Origin: an uncultured Gemmatimonadaceae bacterium
GTDB lineage: Bacteria > Gemmatimonadota > Gemmatimonadetes > Gemmatimonadales > Gemmatimonadaceae
Reading direction: 5' to 3'
NCBI GenBank assembly: GCA_963716745.1
Contig: OY970320.1
Location: 128,001 to 192,000 of the forward strand
Length of the DNA stretch: 64,000 bases
Below the pieces are notes generated by a model. That model was given only the letters and a program-made list of their open reading frames with translations. It was not told the DNA's origin and ran no database searches. The number at the start of each line of letters is the position of its first letter. Positions within the stretch are counted from its first letter, which is position 1. Made by a program: the position numbers and the translations under genes. Positions 28,356 through 38,239 of this stretch are shown here, piece after piece.

Positions 28356-28813
28356 ACGCCGCGCGCTCGGCCCGCGCATCGTCGATCCTGATGTGGACCG
28401 GCCACGCGGCCGCCTTCATCGGCTTCGCGCTGGGCTACAATGAGATCAATCCGGTGCGCGGATTGCGCTGGGTGGCGCTGCTCAGTGTGGGCGTGTTCGG
28501 CGTGTGCATCTTCGCGAGCGAAATGCTCCAGCGGCGAAGCGACGCCGGCATCGAGGTGGGGCTCGCGCATCTCGCGTGGGGCGCGGTCGCGATCGCGACC
28601 GTCGTGCGGCTCTCGACCGTCTCGGCGCAGGTCGCAGTGTGCGTCGTGGACGCGGCGTTCCTCGCGATGCTCGCGGTGATGCACGTCGTGGTGATGTTCA
28701 AGCCGGTGGACCGCCCGGAGCGCAGCGCGATGGTCGCGCCGATCCTGGAAGCCGTGATGTCGTCGGCGATCTTCTGGTTCGCGCTCACCGCGCTGCGCGC
28801 GACGGTGCGGTAG
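28352..28813 (+). CDS. hypothetical membrane protein
   Basis: ATGA overlap, several TM helices. Confidence 0.6.
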   Translation: MNAARSARASSILMWTGHAAAFIGFALGYNEINPVRGLRWVALLSVGVFGVCIFASEMLQRRSDAGIEVGLAHLAWGAVAIATVVRLSTVSAQVAVCVVDAAFLAMLAVMHVVVMFKPVDRPERSAMVAPILEAVMSSAIFWFALTALRATVR

Positions 28814-28820
28814 CGCCGAG

Positions 28821-29906
28821 CTACTGCGCGAGCGGCTTCGCGAACGCGGAATCCCACGACGCCAGCGCCGGTTTCGGCTGCAAGTCGGGACTCACGAGCC
28901 CGATCGTGATGAAGAGCGGCAGGATCGACGAGGGCGGAATGTGCAGTCCCGTGGTGTCGAGGTCCGCGAACTCCAGCTGGAACACACCGATCGCGCGCGC
29001 GTTCGCGAGCAGCGTCTGCTGCCGCGTGATGTAGCGCGCCTGTTTCGCGGGGTCGCTCGTGACGCCCGTGACCGACGCGGAACTCCAGCCTCCTTCTACG
29101 ACCATCAGCGGCAGACTGTGTCCCGACGCGATCCGTGAGTAGTAGTCATCGGGAATGTCGGCGGGATCGGTGTAGCTCGCGAGATACGGGTACGACGAAA
29201 GTCCGATCGCGGCCATGAACGGAAAGTCGGTGAAGTCCTGCGCCACGCCAATGTACGTGCCCGCGCTTCCGGTCAGGCGACCCCACGCGGCATCCACCTG
29301 CAGGCTCACATACAGCGGCCTCGTCGCATCGCGCGAATGGATGTCCGCCGCCGCGTCGTTCGTCATCGTCACCACGGCAGCGTACACGTTCGCCGGCGCC
29401 GCGAGCCGAATGAGATTCGTCTCCGCCGCGAGGCCGAGATAGTCGGGACCGAGGATGCTATCGATCGCGATCGCGTACTTGCGATACATCAGCTGCACGG
29501 CCGGCTCGGTGATGCTGCGCCCCGCCGCGACCAGTTCCGGCGCCTCGGCCGTGCGGTCCAGGCCATCCGTCACGTCCAGCGTGATCCACACTTTGAAGCC
29601 CCGCGAGCGGTACAGCGCGACCTTCCACGCCTGGTCGGCGAGCACGATCGAATCGGCGTTCGCGCCCGCCAGCAGCGCCGTCCACGGTGGCGCGAGGTGC
29701 ATGATCGCGCCGTCCGCCCGCTGCATCCACATATTGAGCGTGTTCACATAACTAGCCGAATCTCCGCGCGGCGACTGGTCGTTGAACCCCATTCGATACG
29801 TGCGCGCGGCGGTCGCGTTGTTGCTCGCACTCGAGCACGCTATTCCGACTGCGGCCAGGACTGTCAACCGGCTGGCGACAGTCGACAGCCGACAGCCACG
29901 CTTCAC
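28821..29906 (-). CDS. putative TIM-barrel glycoside hydrolase-like lipoprotein
   Basis: Lipobox GIAC; YLGLAAETN, IGLSSYPY, LMVVEGGW, KPAL..W (clan GH-A-like pattern). Confidence 0.6.
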   Translation of the reverse strand: MKRGCRLSTVASRLTVLAAVGIACSSASNNATAARTYRMGFNDQSPRGDSASYVNTLNMWMQRADGAIMHLAPPWTALLAGANADSIVLADQAWKVALYRSRGFKVWITLDVTDGLDRTAEAPELVAAGRSITEPAVQLMYRKYAIAIDSILGPDYLGLAAETNLIRLAAPANVYAAVVTMTNDAAADIHSRDATRPLYVSLQVDAAWGRLTGSAGTYIGVAQDFTDFPFMAAIGLSSYPYLASYTDPADIPDDYYSRIASGHSLPLMVVEGGWSSASVTGVTSDPAKQARYITRQQTLLANARAIGVFQLEFADLDTTGLHIPPSSILPLFITIGLVSPDLQPKPALASWDSAFAKPLAQ

Positions 29907-30850
29907 AGGCATCTCCGCGTCACCAGCTCCGTCGCGTCCTTCTGCATGAGCACCAGCGAGCGCCGCAGCTTGATCGCGTTCTCGGGCGCGACGATGGAAT
30001 TCTGCGCGAGATACCGGTCCGACTTCATGATCGCGTCCGACGCGAGCAGCACGACGCTGCAATTGTGGATCTCCCACGCGGCCAGCAGCGCGTGCTCGCC
30101 GATCTGATACGTGATCAATCCCATGACGAACTTCGACTCGGGCGATGGGTGCAGACTGTCGGCGAAGGCGATGAAGCGGAGCGCGTCGATATACTCATCG
30201 GCATCGTCCGAGAGCGCGGCATGATTCAACTGTGCGATGCCCGCATCGAGCGCGATCTTCGAGGCATGCTGCTCGAACGGCGGCGGCTCGGCCACCGCCT
30301 GGAGCGCGTCGAGCAGACTGTCGGTCGCGTGCCGGCGCCGCGCGACGGAGAGGCTGTCGCGCGAGCGCTTGTGCGGTTTCAGTTCCTCGCGCGCCTTCAA
30401 CGCGTCCCACACATATCGCACGCTCCCAGCCGACGTGAACGCCGCCTGCCGCAGGTCGATCGACGACAAGCTGTCCGGTAATGCGACGAATTCCGCGCCC
30501 GGTTGTTCAGGCGGGATCGTCGCATTGCAGAGCGCGATCCCCTTGTCGCTCGGTGCGGTGCAGGGGCTGCCCGCGGGCTGGCGGGGCAATTCACCGCACC
30601 GGCCGGCGTTGGCCGCGAGACTCATCGCCATGCACGACTCGTACGCCGCCATGGCGGCGTAGTAATCGTGCCAGGCGCCAGTCACCCGCATGGCGGCAGC
30701 GGTGTAGGCGCTCGCGCTCGTGCGGAAGCGGCAGGCGGTGCAGGCGAACGTCGTGTCGCGTGAGCGCGGTTGCGGAGCCTGTGCCGCCATGGTGGAGGCG
30801 CACACAATCGTGGCCCCGGTCGCCCATGCGCGCAGCGTGCGCCAGCGCAT
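29903..30850 (-). CDS. hypothetical secreted Cys-containing protein
   Basis: TGATG coupling to dedA, signal-like N-terminus, helical C-terminus. Confidence 0.55.
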   Translation of the reverse strand: MRWRTLRAWATGATIVCASTMAAQAPQPRSRDTTFACTACRFRTSASAYTAAAMRVTGAWHDYYAAMAAYESCMAMSLAANAGRCGELPRQPAGSPCTAPSDKGIALCNATIPPEQPGAEFVALPDSLSSIDLRQAAFTSAGSVRYVWDALKAREELKPHKRSRDSLSVARRRHATDSLLDALQAVAEPPPFEQHASKIALDAGIAQLNHAALSDDADEYIDALRFIAFADSLHPSPESKFVMGLITYQIGEHALLAAWEIHNCSVVLLASDAIMKSDRYLAQNSIVAPENAIKLRRSLVLMQKDATELVTRRCL

Positions 30851-31452
30851 CAGGGCGCCGTCTCCACACGCCGCCGGTGCCGCGCGTACAACAGCGCGCC
30901 GAGAAGGATCACCGCGAGCAGGATGATGAGTGATGTGCGCCCCAGCACATGCTGCAGCCATGGCAGGTTGCTGCCGAAGACGAAGCCCAGAGTGCCGTAC
31001 ACGCCGGTCCAGATGAGTGCGCCGATGGAGCTGAAGAGCATGAACTGGCCGAACGGCATGCGGCTCGCGCCCGCGAGCAATGCCACGATCATCCGCAACA
31101 GGGTGACGAATCGCCCGAGGATGGCGGTGCGCGCGCCGTGCTCCCGGAAGGTGGCCTGGGCGCGCTCGAGGCGCGCGGGTGCCACGCCGAAGCGCGACGC
31201 CCACCGGTGCAGCCGCGCATCGCTGAGCGAGGCGCCGAGCCAGTACCCGGCGGCCGCGCCGCCGATCGCGCCGGCGGCCGCCGCGATCATCACGCCGGTG
31301 AGCGTGAGCCGCCCGGTGGTCGCCGCGAGCGCCGACCCGATGATCAGCGCGGCCTCGCCGGGCAGCGGCAATCCGACCCCTTCCGCCAGGATGAGCAGCG
31401 CCACGATCGCGTATCCGAACTGTTCGATGAGATGAAGGACCGTATCGGACAT
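30850..31452 (-). CDS. DedA family membrane protein
   Basis: EGVGLPLPGE, GYWLG, ILGRFVTLLR, AGASRM. Confidence 0.9.
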   Translation of the reverse strand: MSDTVLHLIEQFGYAIVALLILAEGVGLPLPGEAALIIGSALAATTGRLTLTGVMIAAAAGAIGGAAAGYWLGASLSDARLHRWASRFGVAPARLERAQATFREHGARTAILGRFVTLLRMIVALLAGASRMPFGQFMLFSSIGALIWTGVYGTLGFVFGSNLPWLQHVLGRTSLIILLAVILLGALLYARHRRRVETAP

Positions 31453-31510
31453 GCCTCTTGGCCTCGCGCCCTTTTGTCTCGGCGTCGCCCGCGGGATATA
31501 TTGCGGCGCG

Positions 31511-32062
31511 ATGCCAAACTCGACCACGACCGTTCTCGACGCCAAGGCGCTGGACCGCACCCTCCGCCGCATGGCGGACGAGATCATCGAGCTGAACGAT
31601 GGTTCGGATAATCTAGTGATCGTGGGCATCCAGCGAAGGGGCGTACAGCTCGCGGCCAGGCTCGGCGCTCTCATTGGCGAGAGCGAGAAAGCGGACGTGC
31701 CGCGCGGCTCACTCGACATCACGCTGTACCGCGACGACCTGCAGACCGTGGGGCCGCGGCCGGTCGTGGGACCCACCGATCTGCCGTGGGACCTGGAAGG
31801 GAAGTGTGTAGTCATCGTCGATGACGTGTTGTACACCGGACGCACCGTTCGAGCCGCGCTCGACGAACTCGCCGACTTCGGCCGCCCGGCGCGCATCGCG
31901 CTCGCGGTGCTCGTGGATCGCGGCGGCCGGGAACTCCCCATCCACGCCGACGTGGTGGGCAAGAAACTCACGGTGGACGCGGGCGATCGCGTGGACGTGA
32001 TGGTGTCGGAGCTCGACGGCAAGGATGCCGTGATCCTCGTGCGCGGCGGAGCCGAAGCGTGA
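31511..32062 (+). CDS. pyrR: bifunctional pyr regulator / uracil phosphoribosyltransferase
   Basis: [29 protein letters not shown]. Confidence 0.97.
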   Translation: MPNSTTTVLDAKALDRTLRRMADEIIELNDGSDNLVIVGIQRRGVQLAARLGALIGESEKADVPRGSLDITLYRDDLQTVGPRPVVGPTDLPWDLEGKCVVIVDDVLYTGRTVRAALDELADFGRPARIALAVLVDRGGRELPIHADVVGKKLTVDAGDRVDVMVSELDGKDAVILVRGGAEA

Positions 32063-33033
32063 GCGCCCGCGCGGCGTCGCCGATCGGCAAGGACCTCCTT
32101 GGCCTCGAACATCTCACCGCCGCGCAGATCCGCCTCATCCTCGACACCGCCGAACCGTTCAAGGAGATCAGCGAGCGCGCCATCAAGAAGGTGCCCGCGC
32201 TGCGCGGCCAGACGATCGTCAATCTCTTCTTCGAGGCGAGTACGCGCACGCGGATCAGCTTCGAGTTCGCGGAGAAGCGCCTCTCCGCCGACACGGTGAA
32301 CGTCGCTTCCTCGGGCTCCAGCGTCTCCAAGGGCGAGACGCTCGTGGACACGGCGCGGAACCTCGAAGCGATGCGCATCGACATGGTGGTGATCCGCCAC
32401 TTCGCGAGCGGCGCAGCGCGGTTCCTCGCCGAGCGCATTGAGAGCAACGTGATCAACGCCGGCGACGGCACGCACGAGCATCCCACGCAGGGACTGCTCG
32501 ATCTGCTCACGCTGCGCGACCGGTTCAAGAGCTTCGAGGGACTGCGCGTCTGCATCTGCGGCGACGTGCTCCATTCGCGCGTCGCGCGCTCGAACATCTG
32601 GGGGCTCAAGAAGCTCGGCGCCGACGTCGCGGTGTGCGGTCCCAAGTCGCTCATGCCGAGTGCGATCGGCGAGTTCGGCGTGACCGTGTTCCGCCGCATC
32701 GAAGAGGCGATCGAGTGGGCGCAGGCGCTGAACATCCTGCGGCTGCAGCTCGAGCGGATGACCGCCGGCTATATCCCGTCGCTGCGCGAGTACAATCGCG
32801 TGTTCGGTGTGACGCGTGAGCGCCTGGATCGCGCGCCGCGCGATCTCGTGATCATGCACCCCGGCCCGATGAACCGCGGCGTGGAGATCGACAGCGATGT
32901 CGCCGACGGCCCGCATTCGGTGATCCTCGACCAGGTGACGAACGGCGTGGCGGTCCGCATGGCGGTGCTCTATCTGCTCGCCGGCGGCAAGCCGGAACTC
33001 GCCGAAGCCGCGAAGGGCGGAGGCGAACGATGA
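32059..33033 (+). CDS. pyrB: aspartate carbamoyltransferase catalytic subunit
   Basis: [27 protein letters not shown]. Confidence 0.98.
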   Translation: MSARAASPIGKDLLGLEHLTAAQIRLILDTAEPFKEISERAIKKVPALRGQTIVNLFFEASTRTRISFEFAEKRLSADTVNVASSGSSVSKGETLVDTARNLEAMRIDMVVIRHFASGAARFLAERIESNVINAGDGTHEHPTQGLLDLLTLRDRFKSFEGLRVCICGDVLHSRVARSNIWGLKKLGADVAVCGPKSLMPSAIGEFGVTVFRRIEEAIEWAQALNILRLQLERMTAGYIPSLREYNRVFGVTRERLDRAPRDLVIMHPGPMNRGVEIDSDVADGPHSVILDQVTNGVAVRMAVLYLLAGGKPELAEAAKGGGER

Positions 33034-34319
33034 ATCCCATCCTGCTGCTCAAGGGCGGCCGCCTCCTCGATCCCGCGCAGAACATCGACGCGCCCGGCGA
33101 TGTGCTGATCATCGACGGCAAGATCGCGCGTGCCGGCGGAACGATCGAGGGTGGCGACGATGCGCAGGTGATCGACTGCACCGGCTCGTACGTCACGCCC
33201 GGGTTCGTGGACGTGCATTGTCATCTGCGCGAGCCCGGACGCGAGGACGTGGAGACGATCGCGACCGGCGCGCGCGCCGCGGCGGCCGGCGGGTTCACCG
33301 CGATCTGCGCGATGCCCAACACGGATCCCGTCACGGACAACCAGGCGGCGGTGGGATTCATCATTCGCCAGGCGATGCGCGCGGGCGCGGCGCGCGTGTA
33401 TCCGATCGGCGCGATCTCGGTGGGGCAGAGAGGCGAAGCGCTCGCCGAGTTCGGCGAGATGGTGGGCGCCGGCGCGATCGCGGTGAGCGATGACGGCAAG
33501 CCCGTGGTGAGCGCGCAACTGATGCGCACCGCGCTCGAGTACGCGCAGACGTTCAACATTCCGGTGATCGACCACTGTGAGGAGCCGACGCTCGCGCACG
33601 GCGGCTCGATGAACGAAGGCTATCTCAGCGCGCGCCTCGGACTCCGCGGGATCCCGGCGGAAGCCGAGGAGATCATGGTGATCCGCGACATTCTGCTCGC
33701 GCGGCGCACCGGCGGGCATGTGCACCTCGCGCACATGAGCACCAAGGGGAGCGTCGAGCTGATCCGGTGGGGCAAGGAGCGTGGCGTGCGCGTGACCGCG
33801 GAGGTCACGCCGCATCACCTCACGCTCACCGAGGACGCCGTGAGCGAGTACGACACCGCCGCGAAGATGAATCCGCCGCTGCGCACGATGGCGGACGTCG
33901 AGGCGCTGCGCGAGGCGCTCCGCGACGGGACGATCGATCTCATCGCGACCGATCACGCGCCGCACCACTATGACGCCAAGGAACGCGAGTTCGCCGATGC
34001 GCCATTCGGCATCGTGGGGCTCGAGACGGCGCTCGCGCTGGTGGTCACGGAGCTGGTGGAGCCCGGGATCATCGACTTCGCGACGCTCGTCGACCGGATG
34101 TCCACGCGGCCCGCGCGGCTGTTCGGGCTCCCGGGCGGCACGTTGCGCGCGGGTTCGGTGGCCGACGTGACGGTGTTCGATCCGAAGCGCGAGTGGACGG
34201 TCGAGCCGGGCGCATTCCTCTCGAAGGGGCGCAACACTCCGTACGCCGGCCGCCGCCTGCGCGGCCGCACGATCGCGACCGTAGTCGCCGGGCGTCTGGT
34301 CTTCCGGATCGACGCGTAG
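33030..34319 (+). CDS. pyrC: dihydroorotase
   Basis: [28 protein letters not shown]. Confidence 0.96.
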   Translation: MNPILLLKGGRLLDPAQNIDAPGDVLIIDGKIARAGGTIEGGDDAQVIDCTGSYVTPGFVDVHCHLREPGREDVETIATGARAAAAGGFTAICAMPNTDPVTDNQAAVGFIIRQAMRAGAARVYPIGAISVGQRGEALAEFGEMVGAGAIAVSDDGKPVVSAQLMRTALEYAQTFNIPVIDHCEEPTLAHGGSMNEGYLSARLGLRGIPAEAEEIMVIRDILLARRTGGHVHLAHMSTKGSVELIRWGKERGVRVTAEVTPHHLTLTEDAVSEYDTAAKMNPPLRTMADVEALREALRDGTIDLIATDHAPHHYDAKEREFADAPFGIVGLETALALVVTELVEPGIIDFATLVDRMSTRPARLFGLPGGTLRAGSVADVTVFDPKREWTVEPGAFLSKGRNTPYAGRRLRGRTIATVVAGRLVFRIDA

Positions 34320-34448
34320 ATAGCTACGGAACTCCAAGGCACGCCGTATGTTACCGTTCGCAAGGGCGGAGTGTCTTAGTTAGGATATATTCATTGAAGC
34401 CGGACGTGGCTTCGGTGCGGTGCATGAGGCGCGGTGGATGGAGATGGC

Positions 34449-35666
34449 ATGACGGAATCGCCCCAACAGTCGGCACAAGCGGTCGCGGCGCTCTTCGCCG
34501 AGCGCCGGCGTTTCGAGTCGTGGCTCGCCACGCTCGACGCGAAGCGCGCCATCACGCCGGCGCACATCTATACCCGCGTGCACGCCGACTACACCGCGCG
34601 TCTCCAGCGCGTGAACGAACAGCTCGGCCGCCACCGCGCCGCGCTGCGCGATATGGAATCCGGTCTCGCCGACCGCCTCACGTCGCTCGACATCGACGAA
34701 GCCAAGCATCGCGATGAGATGGCAGAGGCGGAGCTTCGCGAGAACGTGGGCGAGCTCGAGCCGGCGGAGCACCGCGAGATCCTCGAGCGCACCGCGCTCG
34801 GACTCGAGCAGGTGACCGCCGAGCGGCTCCACGTGACGGCGGAGCTCACGAACCTGCGCGCGATGCTCGGCGACGATGGCGAGATCGGGGTGCTCGAGAT
34901 CGGTGCCGCGGACGTGACTGTGACGGAGACCCCGCCGGCGATGGCCGCGATCCCTCCGGCGAAGCGAACGTCCAAGGGCACCGTCGCGCCAGCCGCACCG
35001 GTGGCACCTGCGGCCGCCGTGCCCGCCGAGCGCGATGCGTGGGGCCTCGAAGCGGGCGATCCGCTCGCGGTGACGGCGCGTGCATCATCGCCCGAGCCGG
35101 CGGCGCCCGCGAGTCCATTCGACGATCTCGAATTCCTGCGCTCGATGGTGGATTCCCGGAAGAGCGGGGATCACAGCGCGGTAGGCAATGGCGCGAGCGC
35201 CGCGCCGGCGAAGGCGGCGACGCCTCCGGTTCCGACGGCGCCCACTCCAGCGCCCGCGGCGCCTCCGGCCGTGCCTGAGGAAGTGAAGCGTCCTGCGGCG
35301 CAGAAGGTGGAGGAGAAGCCCAAGGAGCCGGAGAAAGAGAAGGCTGCGCCAACTCCGCCCGCGCCCGCCGCGATCGTGACGGCGCCGCTGATCGAGACCG
35401 TCGCGACGGCGCCTCCGATGCGCGAGTCGGTCGCCGCGTTCGCTGCCGCGGAAGCGTCGGCCAAGTCGAAGATCATCGACCCGTCGATCTCTATGGAGCT
35501 CGAACCCGTCTCGAAGCCGCGCGCTTCATCCGACGCGATCCCATCGTACCTGCGCGACGTGCCGCCCGAGCAAGTGAAGACGCTCAAGTGCCAGGAGTGC
35601 GGCACGCTCAACTATCCCACCGAGTGGTATTGCGAGCGGTGTGGGGCGGAACTCGCGGCGTTGTAG
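34449..35666 (+). CDS. hypothetical protein: coiled coil, Pro/Ala linker, C-terminal zinc ribbon
   Basis: CQECG..NYPTEWYCERCG. Confidence 0.75.
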   Translation: MTESPQQSAQAVAALFAERRRFESWLATLDAKRAITPAHIYTRVHADYTARLQRVNEQLGRHRAALRDMESGLADRLTSLDIDEAKHRDEMAEAELRENVGELEPAEHREILERTALGLEQVTAERLHVTAELTNLRAMLGDDGEIGVLEIGAADVTVTETPPAMAAIPPAKRTSKGTVAPAAPVAPAAAVPAERDAWGLEAGDPLAVTARASSPEPAAPASPFDDLEFLRSMVDSRKSGDHSAVGNGASAAPAKAATPPVPTAPTPAPAAPPAVPEEVKRPAAQKVEEKPKEPEKEKAAPTPPAPAAIVTAPLIETVATAPPMRESVAAFAAAEASAKSKIIDPSISMELEPVSKPRASSDAIPSYLRDVPPEQVKTLKCQECGTLNYPTEWYCERCGAELAAL

Positions 35667-35667
35667 G

Positions 35668-35778
35668 AGTTCATCGGGCATCGTACATCGGGCATCGCAG
35701 ATGCGGAACGGCCCGGATCGCGAGCGATCCGGGCCGTCTCACGTTCCTCGAGGCACGAGGCACGATGAACGATGAACT
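35668..35778. terminator. bidirectional hairpin flanked by inverted heptamer repeats
   Basis: ACGGCCCGGATCGC-GA-GCGATCCGGGCCGT core between convergent genes; CATCGGG/CATCGTA on the left, CGAGGCA/CGATGAA on the right. Confidence 0.7.
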
Positions 35779-36010
35779 ATTTCGCCTTCGCCAGCCGGCT
35801 CTTGCGACGAGCCGCCGCATGACGATGGATCAAGCCTTTGCGGGCGGCGCGGTCGAGCAGCTTCACGGCGGCCAACTTGTCGGCCGGCGTCGCGCCGGTA
35901 GTGCTCGCCTTCTTGACGGCAGTGCGCAGCGCTGCGCGCTGGGCGCGATTACGCACCTCGGCGGCGCGCGACTTGCGCATGTTCTTCTTAGCGGACGCGA
36001 TTCTCGGCAC
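35777..36010 (-). CDS. rpsT: 30S ribosomal protein S20
   Basis: IASAKKNMR..RN..LRTAVKK..LDRAARKGLIH..AARRKSRL. Confidence 0.96.
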   Translation of the reverse strand: MPRIASAKKNMRKSRAAEVRNRAQRAALRTAVKKASTTGATPADKLAAVKLLDRAARKGLIHRHAAARRKSRLAKAK

Positions 36011-36048
36011 GATTCTCCAGAGCGAAATGCAGGTCTGACGGAGCGCGA

Positions 36049-36121
36049 AAGCTACACGGCGCCGAGGCGCGATGTCAAGGCGCCGCAGTGCTTTGACACG
36101 TGCGATGCACGGCGATACTTT
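36049..36121. promoter_or_regulatory. divergent sigma70 promoters for rpsT and scpA
   Basis: Plus strand TTGACA-N17-TACTTT (36093-36121); minus strand TTGACA-N18-TAGCTT (36078-36049). Confidence 0.7.
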
Positions 36122-36227
36122 TCTCCTCGAGCCCGCGTCTGCGGCACGCGTTGTACGTGTCCCGAAACCGCCGAGCCCTATTGGATCCCGAGACGCAGAG
36201 CACGACCCGTTCCACGATGGGTGCGGC

Positions 36228-36969
36228 GTGACCGCACCCGGCATCTTCGGCCTCGACGCGCCGCCGTCCTTCGTCGTCGAGCTGGACGAGTTCTCGGGTC
36301 CCCTCGATCTTCTGCTCACGCTCATCCGCGATGAGAAGGTGGAGATCACCGACATCCCCATCGCGCGCGTCTGCGAGCAGTTCTTGAAGCGCATCCATGC
36401 GCTCGGGCTCGGCGAAGCGGCGGAATACCTCGAGATGGCGGCGCGCCTCGTGCGCATCAAGAGTGCAGATGCTGCTGCCGCGCCCCGGCGGCGAGGACGA
36501 TTGGGAGGATCCGCGCGCCGAGCTCGTGCGGCGGCTGCTCGAGTACCAGCAGATCCGCGAGGTGGTGGACCTGCTCGAGCGCCGCGGCGAGGAGCGCCGC
36601 AATCGGTTCGCGCGCGGGTATCTGCCGCTCGATCCCGCGCCCGCCGCCGGCCCGCTCGCGCTCTCGCTCGCCGAGTTGCTCGCCGCGGTGGACCGCGTGC
36701 TGCGGATGGCGCGCGAGCCGGATCTGCACGACGTGATCCCGCGCGTGCTCGACGTGGACGGCGCGATGGCGACGATCGCCGCGCTGCTCGCGCTGCGCGA
36801 GCGATTCCGCTGGTACGATGTAGTCGCGCACGGCGCCGAGCCGTGGCAGGTGTTGTCCGGATTGCTCGCGCTGCTGGAACTCGCGCGTCGCGGAGATCTC
36901 ACGCTCCGCCAGCGCTCACCGTTCGCCTCTGTGGAGATCGCGCGTGTCGCCGCTGGCCAGGCTGCTTGA
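36228..36969 (+). CDS. scpA: segregation/condensation protein A (frameshift near 36463)
   Basis: [42 protein letters not shown]. Confidence 0.93.
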
Positions 36970-37498
36970 AGCCGCGTTGTTCGCGAGCGGCCGGCCCGTT
37001 GTCGGCGGAGGAGCTCCTGCTCCTCGACGCCGAGGCATCGCTCGCCGCGATCGCGATGGCGCTCGACGAGATCCGCGAGTGCTACGACACCGGCGGCCAC
37101 GGCGTGGAGTTGCTCGAGGTGGCGGGCGGCTGGCAGGTGCTGACGCGCGCCGAGTACACCGAGACGATCGAGCGCGCGCAGCTCGCGGCGCGGCCGCACC
37201 GCTCTCGGCGGCGGCGCTCGAGACGCTGGCGCTCATCGCGTACCGGCAGCCGCTCGGGCGTCTCGAGATCGAGGAGATCCGCGGCGTCTCGGTGGGCGGC
37301 ATGCTCAAGACGCTGCTCGAGCGCGGCCTGATCGACGTCGTCGCGCGCGGCGAAGGGCTCGGCCGGCCGCTGCTCTACGGCACCACGCCGCTCTTCCTCG
37401 AGCAGTTCGCGCTGCGGCATCTCGGCGAGCTGCCGCGCGCCGACGAGCTGGCGATCGCGCTCCGCACCGAACCGCGCGAGGTGCTGTCAGCCGTGACG
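36944..37498 (+). CDS. scpB: SMC-Scp complex subunit ScpB (two compensating frameshifts; no own stop seen)
   Basis: [50 protein letters not shown]. Confidence 0.9.
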
Positions 37499-38239
37499 AT
37501 GCGCATCCAGCGCGCGCTCGCGCGCGCGGGCGTCGCGTCGCGCCGGAAAGCGGAAGAACTCGTAGCCGCGGGACGCGTGCGCGTGAACGGCGCGACGGCG
37601 CTGCTCGGGCAGATCGTCGATCCCGCCGCCGACACGATCATGGTGGACGGCGCGCCGGTGCGGCAGCCGGCGCAAACGCAGTGGATCGTGCTCAACAAGC
37701 CATCCGGCGTGATGACCACGCGCAGCGATCCGTCGGGGCGGCGCACGATCTTCGAGTTCGTGCCCAAGATCCCCGGTCTCACCTACGCGGGGCGGCTCGA
37801 CTACCTCACGGAAGGCGTACTGCTGCTCACGAACGACGGCGAGGCGATCCACGCGCTGCTGCACCCGAGCCGCGAGGTGGAGCGCACCTACGTCGCGACG
37901 GTCACGGGCGACGCGGGCAAGGCGGTGGTGCAGGCGAAGCGCGGCGTGATGCTCGACGACGGCGTGGCGCGCGTGAACGACGCGCGCGCCGAGGCGCTCG
38001 GCGGCGGCCGCTGGGAGTTCACCGTGTCCATCACCGAGGGACGCAACCGCGAGGTGCGGCGGCTGTGCAAAGCGCTCGGGCTGTTCGTGGAGCGACTGGT
38101 GCGCGTGCGCTTCGGTCCGGTGACGCTGGGCTCGCTCAAGCCGGGCGAGTGCCGCGCGCTCACCGCGAAGGAACTGGATATCCTCACGGCGCTGGCGCGC
38201 GCGCCGAAACGTGAACGGGAGAAGCATGGAACTGCGTGA
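37499..38239 (+). CDS. rluB: rRNA pseudouridine synthase, RluB/RsuA family
   Basis: S4 domain [33 protein letters not shown]. Confidence 0.9.
   Translation: MRIQRALARAGVASRRKAEELVAAGRVRVNGATALLGQIVDPAADTIMVDGAPVRQPAQTQWIVLNKPSGVMTTRSDPSGRRTIFEFVPKIPGLTYAGRLDYLTEGVLLLTNDGEAIHALLHPSREVERTYVATVTGDAGKAVVQAKRGVMLDDGVARVNDARAEALGGGRWEFTVSITEGRNREVRRLCKALGLFVERLVRVRFGPVTLGSLKPGECRALTAKELDILTALARAPKREREKHGTA

Noticed and set aside
1260..31400. Genomic island integrated at tRNA-Ser
   Set aside because: No integrase, no duplicated tRNA 3' end noticed, and most downstream genes have host-like composition
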